Source of the DNA: Octopus sinensis
Lineage: Eukaryota
Assembly: GCF_006345805.1 (NCBI RefSeq)
Contig: NC_043007.1
Coordinates: 64,666,001 to 64,730,000 of the forward strand
Length of the DNA: 64,000 nt
Direction: 5' to 3'
The position numbers and the translations under genes were made by a program. Positions 24,078 to 38,005 of the stretch are shown in pieces (position 1 is the first letter of the stretch; the number at the start of each line of letters is the position of its first letter). Below the pieces are notes generated by a model that was given only the letters and a program-made list of their open reading frames with translations, was not told the DNA's origin and did not search any database.

Positions 24078-25900
24078 GATAACATTTGCTCGGTGATACG
24101 GGTGAACGGTCACCTTTCGGAGCCTTTCGACATCTTGCGTTCGGTTCGCCAAGGATGCCCTCTCTCCTCCCTCCTGTACGTGTTGACTCTTGAGCCATGA
24201 CTGCGGAAGCTGGAGGCTCTGAAGAGTATCCCGCGCGATCTAGGATGTGGAAACAGTGTGTCTGCCTATGTCGACGACGTCACCGTGACGGTGTCGAGCC
24301 ACAAGCACATTGACCTGATCGGCGAGACGCTAAACGAGTACGAAGCGGTGACAGGTGCAAACATTAACGCAGAAAAGTCCGTGGGCTTGCAACTGGGCAC
24401 CTGGAGAGGCAAGTCCATGTCGTCCAACAGCGTCGTAGGGCGCTGGACAGACAGACCCGTTAAACTGCTCGGAGTCTGGTTCGGTCCGGACCTCCAGGTG
24501 GATAAAAACTGGGAAGTGACGAGCAGGGTGGCCAATCTCACCCAGAAATGGACCGAGAGGAAGCTGTCCTTGAAAGGTCGAGCGGAGGTGGCGAATGCGT
24601 ACATCGCATCCGTCATCTATTACCGATTGACCGTCGTCCCTCGTCCCGACCGCCGGTTGGCCAAGCTGGTGCTCTTGCTCTTCAACTTTTTGTGGAAGGG
24701 TCAGGTACCACTGCTCAGGCGCTCCATCTGCTGTCAACGGCCGCTGAACGGAGGCCTTGGCATGCCGTGGTTACTGATACGCAAACATGCGCTCAGGCTA
24801 CGGCATCTCAAGCGTTTCCTAGACGGTGAACAAGTGTGGTCGTCCTTTGTCAGACACGAGTTTCTGCAGCTCGTCTCCTTGACAGAGCTGCAGTCTTGGA
24901 TCAAACGCAGACCGAGAAAGGGCGCTTGGCACCTCGAGTGCCGTCAAGCTCTCTCCGCCCTCAGTCAAGCGGGCAATGCGATCGGTAGTAGTTCCACGAT
25001 AGCGTTCTATAGAGGGTTAGTGGAAGAAAAGTGCGATGACGTTCTCGGGGAAACTCTAGGCGTTGACGATAACGAGTTGAACAGTCTGTTCGGAAGAACT
25101 TTCGGGCCGGGGCCCATGGATAACTTCCAGAGGTCCCTCGCATGGCAGTGCTACCGAGGAGCGCTGCCTATTCGAGATAAACTCTACTGGCATGGAAGTG
25201 CCGTCAGCAGGGCCTGCCCGAGGTGCTGCCAGGACGATAAAACCGTTCTGCACGCACTCGTCCAGTGCCCGAGTATTGCTGACCTCTGGGTTTATGTCGA
25301 ACAGCTACTGTCGCGTATAGGGCGGATCCGGCTATCAGCTGAATCCATAGTGAAGATTGCCCAACCGACCTACTTTAACCGGAAGGGCAAGGGAATTTTT
25401 CCTTCTCTAGTGGCTGTAGCGAAAGAGGTGGTATGGTGGACAGGTTTGAAAGGACTAAAGTCAGACACTTTCCTCTTTGGCCAAGGCCTCATCAACTTTT
25501 TCAAGTCCCACTTGAAAAGGAAGATGAGAGTAGAGAGGGAAGTGCTGTTTCGTAGCAAATTTATTGCAAGGTGGGTGAATGTCGGAAGAATGGCCAGTAT
25601 GAACGGACCAATTCTGAGGATACACCTGTAAAAAAAAGATAAATTAAAAGGAAAAAGGGGCTCTCTACCCGCCTTTTGACCAGGCTCCCGTGGCTTTTAT
25701 GGGTTTTTCCACGAGTAACCTTTCGTAGCGCCTCCCAATATTGGGAGTTTTTACTTGTTATATTTTCGTTGTTATCTGCATTTTTACACGGACTTTCAAA
25801 CGGACAAAAAACCTTTTGTAACTTTCGTCATGTATTTTGTCCTTACATGTTTTATTTGATTTTGTTAGCTCTTGTGACCAATAAAACGAATTTAGTTTAG
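24078..25900 (+). mobile_element. 5'-truncated Tx1-clade (L1-like) LINE: RT C-terminal half, zinc-finger region and 3'UTR
   Basis: SVRQGCPLS, then one TGA (24198-24200), then a 457-aa open frame with AYVDDVTV, KLLGVWFG, GGLGMP and CPRC...TVLHALVQCP. AATAAA near 25881. GC- and CpG-rich relative to the flanks. Confidence 0.9.
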
Positions 25901-26660
25901 GAAAAGGAAAGATCCAAGGAAGGGAAGACGGAGAAAAAAATCGCCAACGGTACGCGCGGTCACATTTGAATATCTCTCTCCTCTCCTCTCTCTCTCTCTA
26001 TATATATATAGATATATATATATTATATATATATATATCTATAAAATACACATACGTATATAGATATATATCATCCATCCATCCATCCATCCATCCATCC
26101 ATCCATCCATACATACATACATACATAAATATATACATACATTATACGTTGAGAATCTACGCAAACAACGATACATACATGCGCACACATATACAACAGT
26201 GCGTGTGTATCTGTAGATAGTTTCGAAATAAATAACGATGTGTGTGTTTGAAAATGTGTAGATGAAAGCGAGGTAGATGATAAAAAAAAAACTGATTATT
26301 AAATTACGACCCTGAATAAAGAAAATCCCGGACACCAACGACAAGGATGGATTTCAAGGATAAAAAATGTGATTTACAGACCTCTAAATTCAACCCATTA
26401 GAACAGTTATTTTTTTCGTGCTTTTCTCTTGCTTTTCTAGTCGACGAACTGAAATTTCATGGAGTCAGTCTTCTCATTTGTATGTATATTGTATATATAG
26501 ATCGTATCTATACATGCTTTATTGCCTAGTTCTATCTATGGCAAGATAATCCTTTGACGTTGTTTATCAACCATCGGGATCTATTGTAAGTAAAAATATA
26601 ATCTAATCTATCTATCTATCTATCTATATCTATCTATCTATACTATCTATCTATCTATCA
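25900..26660 (+). repeat. ~760-bp block, copy A (duplicated at 27626-28395)
   Basis: Collinear from gaaaggaaagatccaagg through (CATC)n and the unique middle section to (CTAT)n. Confidence 0.9.
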
Positions 26661-26686
26661 TTATAAAAACAAGAGAAAAGATGGAG

Positions 26687-27083
26687 AGGAGTGGCTGTGT
26701 GGTAAGTAGCTTGCTTACCAATCATAGGTTCTGAGTTCAGTCCCACTGCGTGGCACCTTGGGCAAGTGTCTTCTACTATAGCCTCGGGCCGAATAAAAGC
26801 ATGTGAGTGGATTTGGTAGACGGAAACCGAAAGAAGCCCGTCGTATATATATATACATATGTGTGAGTGTATGTTTGTGTCTATGTTTGTCCTCCTAGCA
26901 TTGCTTGACAACCGATGCTGGTGTGTTTATGTCCCCGTAACATAGCGGTTCGGTAAAAGACACCGATAGAATAAGTACTAGGCTTACAAAGAATAATTCC
27001 CGGGATCGATTTGCTCGACTAAAAGCGGTGCTCCAGCATGGCCGCAGTCAAATGACTGAAACAAGTAAAAGAGTAAAAGAGTA
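26687..27083 (+). mobile_element. tRNA-derived SINE, full length
   Basis: A-box-like TGGCTGTGTGG, B-box-like GTTCAGTCCC, central microsatellite and gtaaaagagtaaaagag tail. Further copies at 29599-29970, 30042-30320, 33505-33875, 56004-56407, 58346-58553 and 46685-46740. Confidence 0.85.
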
Positions 27084-27181
27084 GCGTTGACAAGACCCGG
27101 TGCCTATATTGCTAGGTATTCAACCAGTTTAATCTTGGATATTTTTATACCTCCGAAGTTTATATCCTCACCTGTACTTTG

Positions 27182-27246
<65 letters not shown>

Positions 27247-27625
27247 TACATACATACGTACGTACGTACATACATATATATTTACATACATACATATATA
27301 TTACATACATATATATTTACATACATGCATACATTCATACATACATACATATATATATACACACATATATATACATATACACACACACACACACACAAAC
27401 ATATATATATACAGTTAATCCAAACATGAAACACAAAGAGAAAACACAACAACGCGAGGACGTGGAACAACATATATATATACAGTTAATCCAAACATGA
27501 AAACACAAAGAGAAAAACACAACAACGCGAGGACGTGGAACAAGCATAGTGTTTATTGGACACTCAGGAAGGAAGAAAGAAGGAGGATTTAACGTTTCGA
27601 GAAAGAGCTCTTCGTCAGAACATAG

Positions 27626-28395
<770 letters not shown>

Positions 28396-28526
28396 GATGA
28401 GCGTGTATTTTTATTTACACCCCAACACACAAACACACACACATCTACTACATATGTGGAAAATCGGTGTGTGTTTGTGTCGTTGTTAGCTAACTCCTAC
28501 ATCGTTTTATTGATTTTGATGATTCT

Positions 28527-28930
28527 TGACACGTGAGTAGAACTTATGTCTGGAAACCTCGTGACATACTTAGATTGTTGAAGGGACTTTTATATCTACC
28601 TCATATAGCTAATTTTTTTAAACACCTAAGGGAAATAACCCACAGCACCTGTACAATATAGTTTTTAAACACTGAAGGGAAATAACCCATTTCATTGTTT
28701 ATGTTCGATTACTTTGAATATTGATTTTTTTGTGTGCCCCTTTTCTAAATTTTGCAGACAATATCACTTTTATATTTTGACACGTGAGTAGAACTCATGT
28801 CTGGAAAACTCGTGACATACTTAGATTGTTGAAAAGAAATCGACAATAGGGCTCTTCCAGTGGATCCTTCTATCTACCACATATTACTAATATTTTATTT
28901 AAACAACCCAAGGGAAATAACCCATACCAT
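28527..28930 (+). repeat. Local diverged tandem duplication (two ~150-bp units)
   Basis: ttgacacgtgagtagaact.atgtctggaaa.ctcgtgacatacttagattgttgaa starts at 28527 and again at about 28778. Confidence 0.75.
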
Positions 28931-29542
28931 CTACAGATTTTAGTGAAGCGATCACTATTTGATTCTCACGATCAGCCGACCTAATTCTGCATTTCACTAC
29001 TCACAGTTTTTGAACTGCTAAACATTATTATTGCACTTCCTTGATTTGAATCTTAAACCTTAAAGACTTCATTCATACATTTCTATGCATACATACTGGT
29101 TTGATAATTCTGCATTTTTACAGTGACACTTTTTCCATGACAGTTGATAAAATTTTTATTCCACAACGTATTTGTAGTGGCTTCATGCAGGCATAGGGTG
29201 GATTCGATGCTCGACTGCCAAATTTCACTTTACACTTCAACAGCGCTTTTCTCACGGTAAAACAGTAGTTTTCCCGTGAATGACACCAGTTATGCATTTC
29301 CCAGATGCCTTCGCTAAGCAAAATAATGTCTTTGCCTCTCGCCAACCTCCGACAACCTCCGAAAACCTCTCTCGCCAACCTCCAGCGATCTCTCCCTCCT
29401 CCAGCTGACAGCTTTTTGTACTTTTTGTAACGGAAAATACACCTTTTGTGACAATTATAACGAAATTGCTTTCTTATATCAGAGTAATAAGGTGTTTCAA
29501 TAGAACATGTTTACCCCCGGGAATAACCAAGTACACCAGCTA

Positions 29543-29583
<41 letters not shown>

Positions 29584-29598
29584 TATTTTATATACATA

Positions 29599-29754
29599 GG
29601 CGCAGGAGTGGCTGTGTGGTAAGAAGCTTGCTTCCCAACCACATGGTTCTGTTCCACTGCGCGGTACCTTGGGCAAGGGTCTTTTACTAAAGCCTCGAGC
29701 CGACCAAAGCATTGTAAGTGGATTTGGTAGATGGAAACTGAAAGAAGCCCGTCG

Positions 29755-29789
<35 letters not shown>

Positions 29790-29970
29790 TTGTCCCAACC
29801 ATCGCTTGACACCGATGCTGGTGTGTTTACGTCTCCGTAACTTAGCGGTTCGGCAAAAGACACCGATAGAATAAGTACTAGGCTTACAAAGAATAATTCC
29901 CGGGATCGATTTGTTCTATAAAGGCGGTGCTCCAGCATGGCCGCAGTCAAATAATTGCAATAAGTAAAAG
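29599..29970 (+). mobile_element. tRNA-derived SINE copy
   Basis: Collinear with 26687-27083. Confidence 0.85.
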
Positions 29971-29996
29971 AAAATTATATATACAGAGAGAGAGAA

Positions 29997-30045
<49 letters not shown>

Positions 30046-30324
30046 AGTGTGGCTGTGTGATACAAAGTTTGCTTCCCAGCCACATGGTTCCTGGTTCTAT
30101 CCCACTGTGTGGATCCTTGAGCAAGTGTCTTCTGATATAGCCTCAGGTTGACCAAAGCCTTGTAAGTGGATTTAGTAGACGAAATTTAGAAACCGAAAGA
30201 AGCATGTCGTATGTATATAAATATATATATATTATCTATGTGTGTATCTCTTTGAGAACTGGTGTTGGTGTAATCTAGTAGTTCGGCAAAAGTGGACAAT
30301 AGAATAAGTAGCAGAAGAGAAAGA

Positions 30325-30780
30325 ACTCATGGTACGCAATGTACATCCAGGAAAATGTCATACCTGTAGTCCAGCTGTCTCACTCAAACTCAATTTGCGA
30401 CACTCTGGGAGTACACATTAGATAGACCAGATGCTCCAAATCATGGGGACTCATTTGAAGTGAGCCTCAAAAAGATAGAGATATTAGCCAACCTAAATGA
30501 CAACCCTCACATAGTTCTTCTTGGAGTCTTCAACCTCCCTAATGCTGAATGGCTCGAGGGTCACCTTCTCTCATGTATATCACTGCATGAATAAAGACAA
30601 GTAAAATTTCTGTTACAAAATGCTCTTTATGGAGTAAATAGTTCTCTACTAAACAAGAGGTAATAAAATGTCCTGGACCTCTACTTCACAAATAACACTG
30701 TGCTCATCCATAATGTTAAGGTGACTCTGACAATTTTCTCGGACCATAACTTGTACTTTCTCGGACATAACTAGCCAAGA
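30325..30780 (+). mobile_element. CR1-like LINE apurinic endonuclease relic
   Basis: VLLGVFNLPNAEW (a decayed GDFNLP..W) and LDLYFTNN...TIFSDHNL. Confidence 0.7.
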
Positions 30781-30939
30781 GAAAAAAATGTTTTATTTTG
30801 ACACATTCTACCAGTATTCGAAGTTTTAAAGTGTTTAGTTAACTAGAAATTGTGTTGACATGTGCCGTTCAAAAGGAAAAGATCCTAAAGGATGTTACTG
30901 TATACAATTTTACAAACCAAGGACGTTATATAGACCGCC

Positions 30940-31061
30940 TTGCTTCAAGTTAGAGAAGAGGGGCGTATTATACACAAGGTTTAGGTTTTTTAGAGGTACA
31001 GCCCCCTAAAAATCCCCTGCGTATTATACCCAAGGGCGGACTATACTCGAGGATTTACGGT
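30940..31061 (+). mobile_element. pogo/Tigger-like DNA transposon right end
   Basis: Terminus ...gcggactatactcgaggatttacggta resembles pogo-type TIRs. No left TIR seen. Confidence 0.4.
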
Positions 31062-31550
31062 ATATATATATATATACACAGTATCCCACAGATGTATGTA
31101 CACTCCTAAAATGTTTCAGTAAAATTGCCATTACTCTGATAATATCGAAGGAAATCAAACGAAATTTATACTGAATAATATATATCATACGTGCAAACAT
31201 TATATGCAAACAATAAACATGTAACCTATATCGGCGGCAGCAGCAGCAACAACAACAACAGCAGCAGCAACATCGTGTAAGGAATATGTAGTTTTAAGGG
31301 GGTAGGTGGCTTTTTTTACACACACACACACATATATATATATACGTACATACACCATTTCAACTCGGGATTACTTGTGTGTGTGTAATTTTTTGCTTAG
31401 GTGCTTACATTTGGTACTTATTACATTTATTCAGTGCTTTTCAAAATTGTTTTGGAAAAACTGTTGTCCGCCTCATTTTCGTTTTTCAAATCTCCCACCC
31501 TATACTGCCATATTTTTCTTCTTCGTTTTTTACTATTACTACTACTACCA

Positions 31551-31586
<36 letters not shown>

Positions 31587-32211
31587 TTACATATCTTTAG
31601 CCAATCACTGAACGTTGAAGCCGAAACTTGCCGGAAACAACCGAACTAGTTCTGGCTTGCCAATTCTAAGCAGACGACATTTTACAGGGTTATGCAATAA
31701 TTTAGAACCTCATCGCTCTTGTTTTGATGACAACATCGTTCTCTATACTCTGCGCGAAAAAGCCACCTAATGTCTAAGTACAAGGTAAAGTAACTTATTA
31801 AATTAATTGAAAAATATTCATCTCTTCTTTACCTCTTACAAAATTGAAGGTAGAGGGAAGGAAGAATTAGAGTTGAAACCAAGAACGATAAAGACATATT
31901 TGAAATAGTTTTTGAGGAGATAGAATTTGTATGCATATAATTCTTCGTTGAAGTTTTGAAAATAGTTATTGTTACCTCATAGGAGAAGGAAAAAAAGCAA
32001 GGAATTAGCTGTTTTTATTCTTACCTTCATATTCTAGTACTCCTGTGTTTAATACAATGTGAATTAGGATTCTGAAAATTTTTATTCCCCTCAAATTATT
32101 ATCATTTTTATTTTTGCTTCCCAATTCTGTGTCATTTTCCTCCTCTTTAAGGCACGAAATTTATTCTTGACGCTCACTATTTATCTACTTTCTTTTACAT
32201 AAGAAACACTG

Positions 32212-32245
<34 letters not shown>

Positions 32246-33052
32246 ACACACACACACACACACACACATACACACACACATACACAGAGGTCACCTGCTC
32301 AACATTGAAACCGAAACTATCCGGAAACAACCAAACTATTCCTGTATTTGCAGTTTTAAGCAGACGACATTTTACAGTGCTATTCAATAATTTAGAACCT
32401 TATCGCTCATGTGTAATGGCGGTAACTATCTCTGAATTATTCGTGAAGACACCATCTAATGTCTAAATAGAAGTTATAGTATCTTATTGAATTCTTTGAA
32501 AAATATAAAGTTGAAGATGGGAGGAGGAGTTAGAGCTTAAATCAAGAAAGAGGGTGTGAAATTAAAGAAAGGAGATTTTAAAAAAAAATGTATTTCTGTG
32601 TTTTATGTAATAGGAAATACAATGATTCTGAAAGAATCCCCCCCCCCCATACACATTCGTGCACGTCTTCCCCATGAAGTAGTGATAGCTATTCTAAAAG
32701 TTCTCCCCGAAGTCGAGATAGTTTACCTGATTATGTCTCTGTTATTTAAAAAATGCAAGAGGGATGAAAGGCGAAGTTAAATCTGCTCAGAAATATACCC
32801 AGAGTTCAAACTAGATCATTCTTGTTGAATTATTGTTGCATTATTTTGATATTCAAAAAGAAAAACGTGCACACTACCAAGAACGAAAAACAGTATAAAT
32901 ATACTTTTTTTTCTACTTCTAGGCTCAAGGCCCGAAATTTTGGGGAAGGGGGCCAGTCGATTAGATCGACCCAGTACGCAACTGGTACTTAATTTATCGA
33001 CTCCGAAATTTGAACTTAGAACGTAAAGACAGCCGAAATATAAAAAAAACAG

Positions 33053-33085
<33 letters not shown>

Positions 33086-33086
<1 letters not shown>

Positions 33087-33201
33087 TAAGGGCATTACTA
33101 CACTTGAATGCCTCACTAACTGGTAGAATGTGTCATATAAAACTAGTTTTAACTTTGAGAGCCTCATAGCGTGAGGCATTCAAGTGTAGTAATGCCCTTA
33201 A
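33086..33201. mobile_element. Small MITE with perfect TIRs and TTAA flanks (Kolobok-like termini)
   Basis: 33082-33116 is the exact reverse complement of 33171-33205 (35 bp). Structure TTAA-GGG...CCC-TTAA. Confidence 0.8.
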
Positions 33202-34037
33202 TATAAGTAAATAAATATATTTTAAAGGGAATAGAGATTATAATAATTATAATAATTATAATGGTTGTTTTATTGTCTCCTTGCCTTGACATCGGACAAT
33301 GGTAGTAAGCAAGTGATACTGTCATGCAAGAGGTGTTCTTCGTTTCCAGCCTGCCATGTAAACGTTTCTGGGCATGGTAGAATATTACTTGGAAATACGT
33401 AAGAGTTGGCAACAGGAAGAGCTTCTAGCCATATAAAATCAGTCTTATCCATACAAGCATAGAAAAGTGTATGTTTCACACACATGCACACATCGTCCAC
33501 ATAATGTGGATGTGTGGTTAGAGGTTTGCTTCCAAACCTCATGGTTTTATGTACAGTCCCACTGCATGGCACCTAGGGCAAGTGTTTTCTATTAATAGCC
33601 TTGAGCCCACCAATACCTTGCGAATACATTTGATAGACGGAAACAGAAAGAAGACCGTTGTATACACCTATATATCTGTGTCTCTTTGCGTCTGTGCTTG
33701 TCTCCCACCATTGCTTAACAAGTGTTGATGTGCTTATGTCCTCGTAGCCAAGTAGTTTGGTGAAAGAGTCCGACAGAATAAGTACCAAGCTTAAAAAATG
33801 TGCTGAGGTCAATTCGATCGACTTGTAGCGAGACAAGACGGTGCCCCAGCATGACTGCAGTCCAAGAACTGTAACAAACCGAGGTGTTACAACCGTATCT
33901 GATTATTCAAGTGCTTCAGTTCTATGTATATGTATATATTTACTTGATTGTTGATATTTGGCCAAAGTCTCTCTCATTGTTTTGATATTTTCTATCATTG
34001 AAAAAATTGTCGGCATTTTTTACGACATAAATATGTC

Positions 34038-34290
34038 ATTTTAATGGCCAAAACGAAATAAGATTATTTGCACAAAAATTACAGCTCTGTAGTGTTACTA
34101 AGCATTTCGCCAGGCAATCCAATGCGTTCTTTTTTTAAAATGACTTGCGACAATAAAATTTCCCCGTTATTTCCAGCGTGTCAAACAACCTCAGAGGCTC
34201 CTTCCTTAAATTGGCTATCGAGTTAAGTGTTTGTTTGTTTGTTTGTTTGTTTGTATGTATGTATGTATGTATGTATGTATGTGTGTATGT

Positions 34291-34336
<46 letters not shown>

Positions 34337-34560
34337 GTATGTATGTATAAATAAAACACTTAACTTGATAGACAAGTTAAACAGGGAGCCTCTGAGAGGT
34401 TGCTCGACATGCTTGAAATAACAGGGAAATCTTACTACAGTTACACCTCATTTTTAAAAACATTAACACACTGGATTGCCTAGCCTAGTGAAATGCTTAG
34501 TAACAGTTCAGAGCTATACTATTTGTGCAAATAATTTTGTTTCGTTTTGGCCATTAAAAT
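34038..34560. mobile_element. Foldback element, ~200-bp diverged inverted arms around a (GTTT)(GTAT)(GT)n spacer
   Basis: attttaatggccaaaacgaaa...gttaagtgttt mirrors aaacacttaac...tttcgttttggccattaaaat. Confidence 0.75.
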
Positions 34561-34929
34561 TTGTTCTTAGTTTGTCTATCCCAACTGTGGTTGACATTTT
34601 CTCATGAAAAAATACAAATTCTCTATAAATCTGTACCTTACTCCGTGACAAATTACCTTTGGCTCTCAACTACTCATGAAGTCGTAAGAGGGTCGTCGGG
34701 ATCTTTACCTTTTGACCTACAGATTAAAAAAATTATTTTTGTAACTAAACACTTTCGAACTTCGGACACTGGTGGAATGTATCATATAAAACATGTTTTA
34801 CTCTTAGCATTTTTGAGAAAAACTTTACGAAGATATTTCACCTTAAAGTTCTCGTATTTCAGTAATTTTGACTAACTTGACTAACTCCTTAATCTGGTTA
34901 TGGTATGTCTTGCAAGCCAATATGGTCTT

Positions 34930-35600
34930 GTTTAACTTCTAATAACCAGATCCCTGTCTATGGACTTTATCTATGTGTACCCTACACGTCACTAACTTGT
35001 GATCCGTGTATGGTATATACGTAAATTGAGGACAGCTAAAAGAGGACCTAGCTCTACTGTTCACTACTATTCTGTCTATATAAGACTTGAGCAATATGTC
35101 ATTATTACTCCAAGTCCACACTGGAACACTCGGATTCTCAAGTCTTTATCGATCTGCCAGCCTAAATTGCTTCAGCAGATTGATGAGGTGTGAGTTACTT
35201 TTCCTACTGGTTGAGCCAACGTTATCCAGGTGTGCATCTAGAGAAGCATTAAAGTCACTTAACATAACTATTGTCTTTGACATCACAAGAAAATCCTCCA
35301 GGCGTTGATAGAACCCATTCTGTTTGCCCACTATGCAGGGCATGTAAATGCCTATCAACCTGAAAATTTTACCACTGAAAGTTAGGTCCAGATGACAGAA
35401 TCACCTTCTGGGTCTACAATGACTGTGCATGTCTGCAGAGCCAAACTTTTTTGGATCAAAACCGTCCGACTAGGAGACATGATTTTCTCATAGTCTTTCA
35501 GGAGGCTCGAGAAGGCCTGCAGCTTGTCCAGCTCACCAAGTAATTTTTGCTTGGGGTTTCTTGTTTTTATAACTATCCAGAAGGATAAACATATCGTTGA
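34930..35600 (-). mobile_element. Tx1/L1-like apurinic endonuclease relic
   Basis: MLSDFNASLD, WTWSN..KSYIDRI, YTDHKLV and GSGYW motifs. Confidence 0.8.
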
Positions 35601-36620
35601 GAACAATGGATTTAGTTGGTGATCTTGTTATTTTAATTCTAGCTTTTGGTGAAATAGAAGAGGTTAGAAAGGGTCAAGTGGTGAAGACATTTCGGCCTAG
35701 CTAAGGCAATCTGGCAAATGTAAAATTGCTGTCACAGAAAAACCATTGTTCCACTGTGAGAAAAGTTCTGTTGAACTGTTACTTGAAATTTGACTATGGT
35801 GGATCGAAACCACTTCATGCCTGCAAAATCCACTACATGCTCACTACCTTACAAAAACTACATCAGCTAAGCAAATGACCTTCTCTAAATGCATTAAAAA
35901 CACTATAGCATATTCATAACACTGTTTCAGAAAATTATCTCTGACCTACTTGAGCATGCAAAAAAAAAAAATTAATGGGAATAAAATGAGTAAAACAAAA
36001 TAAGGTAAATTTGTGTTTTCAGTTCTCCAGAGTTACATTTGATAAAAGACTCAGGTACATCAGAAAGATCAGAAATGTCACCAAAATTTTAAATATCAAG
36101 GTTAAATGAAAGTGGATCATAGAAAATCACATGATATGAAATTAACAAAACTGGACTAAATCTAAAAACTCAATATAAAATATTCTCTATAGCTTCTTTG
36201 CAATCTGCTGGAGTGTTTCTGTTTGTAATATATATATGCCATGCAATTAAAAAAGCAGAAATTATTGAAATTAGACATTACTCATTTTGCCCCACTCCCT
36301 TTATTATCTTTGCAGTTTCTCCTCCTTTTTGTTCAAATCCTCTTTTTATTTATCAGAATAACAGTTCAATGTATTCAATATATAATTATTTCAAAAAGAC
36401 TGCGAAATCATATTCCCAGTAACTGAGGAGTAATTTTTTTTATTATGAGATACATTTTAAATGGTGTAATTTACCATGTTTTTCTCAAATTCATCAGAAA
36501 TATTACAGCTTATCCCAGACATTAATTTAAAAGAAAAAGCAAAAAAAGAGGAAAAGAAAAAAACAAAACAAAACAATTCACCACCTTGGGTTCACAGGTT
36601 GGGGGCACTGGGAAACCTTT

Positions 36621-37478
36621 CTAATGACTATTGAGACATGCCAGCATGCTTGCAGCATTGCTGCGGGTGATGGCGAGGCTTATGCGCTGGAACAGCCAAG
36701 TCCTCTCACGAGCCTTACCAGTTACCTCTGCAAGGCGAGTTGCCAGTGAAGACAGGAATCTCACAGTTAGTGGTCTGACCCCACCAAATGTCTCAAATGC
36801 CACAGGATGGAAAATGCAGTTGGCCAAACAATTGCGGTATTTCAGGATTTTGTTCTGCTCAGCTGCAGAAGCTGTGGAACTCGCCCTGATCGCAGCATCC
36901 AGGATGTGAGAAGAATCAATGGAGTTCCTAACTGTGACATTCCAGACAAGGCATTTGTTTTGCGACCAGGGGCACAGAGTGAGGCCGTCAGGTCTCTTCC
37001 CATCACATCTGGACAATCCAGATGGTTCCAACATGGAGGGGATGTTTACCCGGGCCAAGTTCCTGTTGAGTATCAGGTTCAACTCCATATGACATGTGAA
37101 GCGACCAGCAGTCAGGTAGCAAGAAAGGCTATGGAGGCCTGTGGAGTTGAGAGGCCTGCTACAATGACAGATCAAACCAGTGCATACGTTATCTCCCATT
37201 CTGAGGGCAATGGAGACACAAAGTTCATCCATGCTGAGTAGGCCACAACATTAGCCACAGAGATGGAATCAGTCCAGTCACGTGAGTATTTGGTGCTAAT
37301 AGACAGTAAGCAGCACCTTGAAAACTGGTCCGACTGGATGAAGAGGGAGTCAAAGGTGGCCTTTGAAATTATGTTATCCGAAGCTCTCTGACACCGACAG
37401 TCTTCCACCATCTCAGGAGCAGACAAGCCCAATTCCCTCCAGTGTAGGAGAGCTTCATCCAACTCCCTGTTAGAACTG
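36621..37478 (-). mobile_element. CRE-clade non-LTR retrotransposon relic with restriction-like endonuclease domain
   Basis: CHC...GLHSLSC...RFTCH.ELN (CCHC), GKRPDGLTLCPW..CLVWNVT and FQRISLAITRSNAAS. 203-codon open frame. Confidence 0.8.
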
Positions 37479-37700
37479 CAGCCGAAATTGCGAGGATGAT
37501 CCGGTTCTTGACTGAAGATTGAAGGCTTCGAATGTCCCATCCGTGTTTTTTGTATCGTCTTCAAAATGTTTTGCGTTCTTGTCCCAATTACAAAATGGGA
37601 CAAGAACGCAAAACATCCAGATGATACAAAAAACACGGACAGGTCATTCGAAGCCTTTAATCTTCAGTCAAGAACCGGATCATCCTTGCAATTTCAGCTG
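37479..37700. repeat. ~220-bp imperfect palindrome (108/105-nt arms, 9-nt loop)
   Basis: The arms 37479-37586 and 37596-37700 are reverse complements with scattered mismatches. Confidence 0.92.
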
Positions 37701-38005
37701 ATTAATCTTTAGATTGCTCCAATCTGGTCAGCCCCAAGGAAAAACTAAGCTAGCATTAGATTCCTTGGAAAAAAGTTCCGAATGTATACGAAACAAGGAC
37801 AGAAAAACGGACAATGTTACATGAATATAAATACAAAAATAATACAAAAAAACAATAATAATAATAATAATAACAGGACATCACAACAGGCGTCTTTTGA
37901 CTGGAGACAAATTGGAGACGGCAGAGGAGAAAAGTTGATCTGACAGCGACCGCTGCCAAACCCAAAAAGGCCAGCGGTCACGTGAGAAGAGAAGTGAGAG
38001 GAAAA

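Noticed and set aside
29118-29420. Cys-containing ORF fragments resembling a LINE ORF1 PHD finger
   Set aside because: Cys/His spacing could not be assembled in any frame.
35670-35725. GCCTTAGCTAGGCC-GAAA-TGTC on the minus strand, hammerhead-like 3' half
   Set aside because: The CUGANGA core is absent; too degenerate to call.
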